Origin: a virus
Length of the DNA stretch: 64,000 nt
Reading direction: 5' to 3' (one strand)
IMG/VR virus record: IMGVR_UViG_3300008116_000055
Span: 99,542-163,541 of that record
This document shows positions 63,878-64,000 of the stretch, one piece after another. The notes beneath the pieces are model-generated. The model saw only the letters and a list, made by a program, of their open reading frames with translations, ran no database searches and had not been told where the DNA came from. The translations under genes and the position numbers were made by a program. Positions within the stretch are counted from its first letter, which is position 1. Every line of letters begins with the position of its first letter.

Positions 63878-64000
63878 TTCACCTTCACCTGTCGTGATGT
63901 ACACTCCGTAATCGATGGTGTGCAATTGTGGTACTCCATCATTGTCCATGATGTGACCATCGAATAACCAGTTGGGTTGAACTCGTGGATTGTATCGAAC
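63872..64000 (-). CDS. hypothetical protein (partial; N-terminus beyond window end)
   Basis: Minus-strand frame open from the window end to the TAG embedded in the motif at 63872-63874. Confidence 0.35.
   Translation of the reverse strand, partial: VRYNPRVQPNWLFDGHIMDNDGVPQLHTIDYGVYITTGEGEI

Noticed and set aside
1-64000. Interpretation as a eukaryotic giant virus (GSII, GDP-mannose 3,5-epimerase, big glycosylation cluster, AT-rich)
   Set aside because: Gene ends carry classic bacterial intrinsic terminators (GC stem plus T-run). Promoters match the Bacteroidetes TTTG/TAnnTTTG consensus. Lipoprotein lipoboxes and OM beta-barrel signals are bacterial. Genes are translationally coupled in operons. 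A bacteriophage or prophage origin is much better supported.
1-64000. CRISPR arrays, tRNA/tmRNA genes, rRNA, integrase/transposase, inteins or homing endonucleases
   Set aside because: No run of equal-length spaced direct repeats was seen. No cloverleaf-compatible 70-90-nt sequence turned up in the ORF-free gaps (the 48.75-48.95 kb region was examined and is not tRNA-like). No recombinase, LAGLIDADG or GIY-YIG motifs were recognised.

Overview
This 64 kb window is AT-rich (about 30-33% GC) and densely coded. It reads as part of a large bacteriophage or prophage of a Bacteroidetes (probably Flavobacteriia-type) host, not a bacterial core region and not a eukaryotic giant virus.

Evidence for that call:
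- There are many canonical intrinsic terminators (GC hairpin plus T-run).
- Several promoters fit the Bacteroidetes sigma-A consensus, TTTG then 19-20 nt then TAnnTTTG. Three are read directly: 29977-30008, 36112-36143 and 48593-48623.
- Lipoprotein and signal peptides are Bacteroidetes-style, for example VYSC, LMSC and TWAQ.
- Phage-typical nucleotide and DNA genes are present: a ThyA-like enzyme, an orphan DPPY-class DNA methyltransferase, a UvrD-like helicase, a DnaQ-like exonuclease, a Nudix hydrolase, an NT5C deoxyribonucleotidase, two other HAD phosphatases, and two metallophosphoesterases.
- There are peptidoglycan hydrolases and long runs of tiny overlapping ORFs with no recognisable homologues.

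Architecture:
- 1-12.4 kb, minus strand: a 13-14 gene, translationally coupled sugar-nucleotide and glycosyltransferase operon.
- about 12.5-56 kb, mostly plus strand, with a few embedded minus-strand genes: a replication, nucleotide-metabolism, auxiliary-metabolism and lysis block, ending at a bidirectional terminator near 56.1 kb.
- 56.1-64 kb, minus strand: genes of unknown function wired by a conserved 12-nt motif and a 65-bp promoter repeat.

No rRNA, tRNA, CRISPR array, integrase or transposase was found. One ORF-free, locally GC-rich stretch at about 48.75-48.95 kb looks like a structured ncRNA or long structured 3' UTR.

The most interesting candidates:
- the large viral glycan-synthesis operon;
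- the stop-codon-embedded ATTTAGTTTGGC motif together with the 65-bp promoter cassette;
- auxiliary metabolic genes: a type II glutamine synthetase, a methylglyoxal synthase co-transcribed with an outer-membrane beta-barrel, and a class I/II aminotransferase;
- a heavily insertion-bearing ThyA homologue;
- a tandem pair of large paralogous proteins.

Hand-derived coordinates (small ORFs, motifs, hairpins) may be off by 1-2 nt. CDS coordinates from the supplied ORF track are exact, except where I moved a start from a non-ATG codon to the first in-frame ATG.
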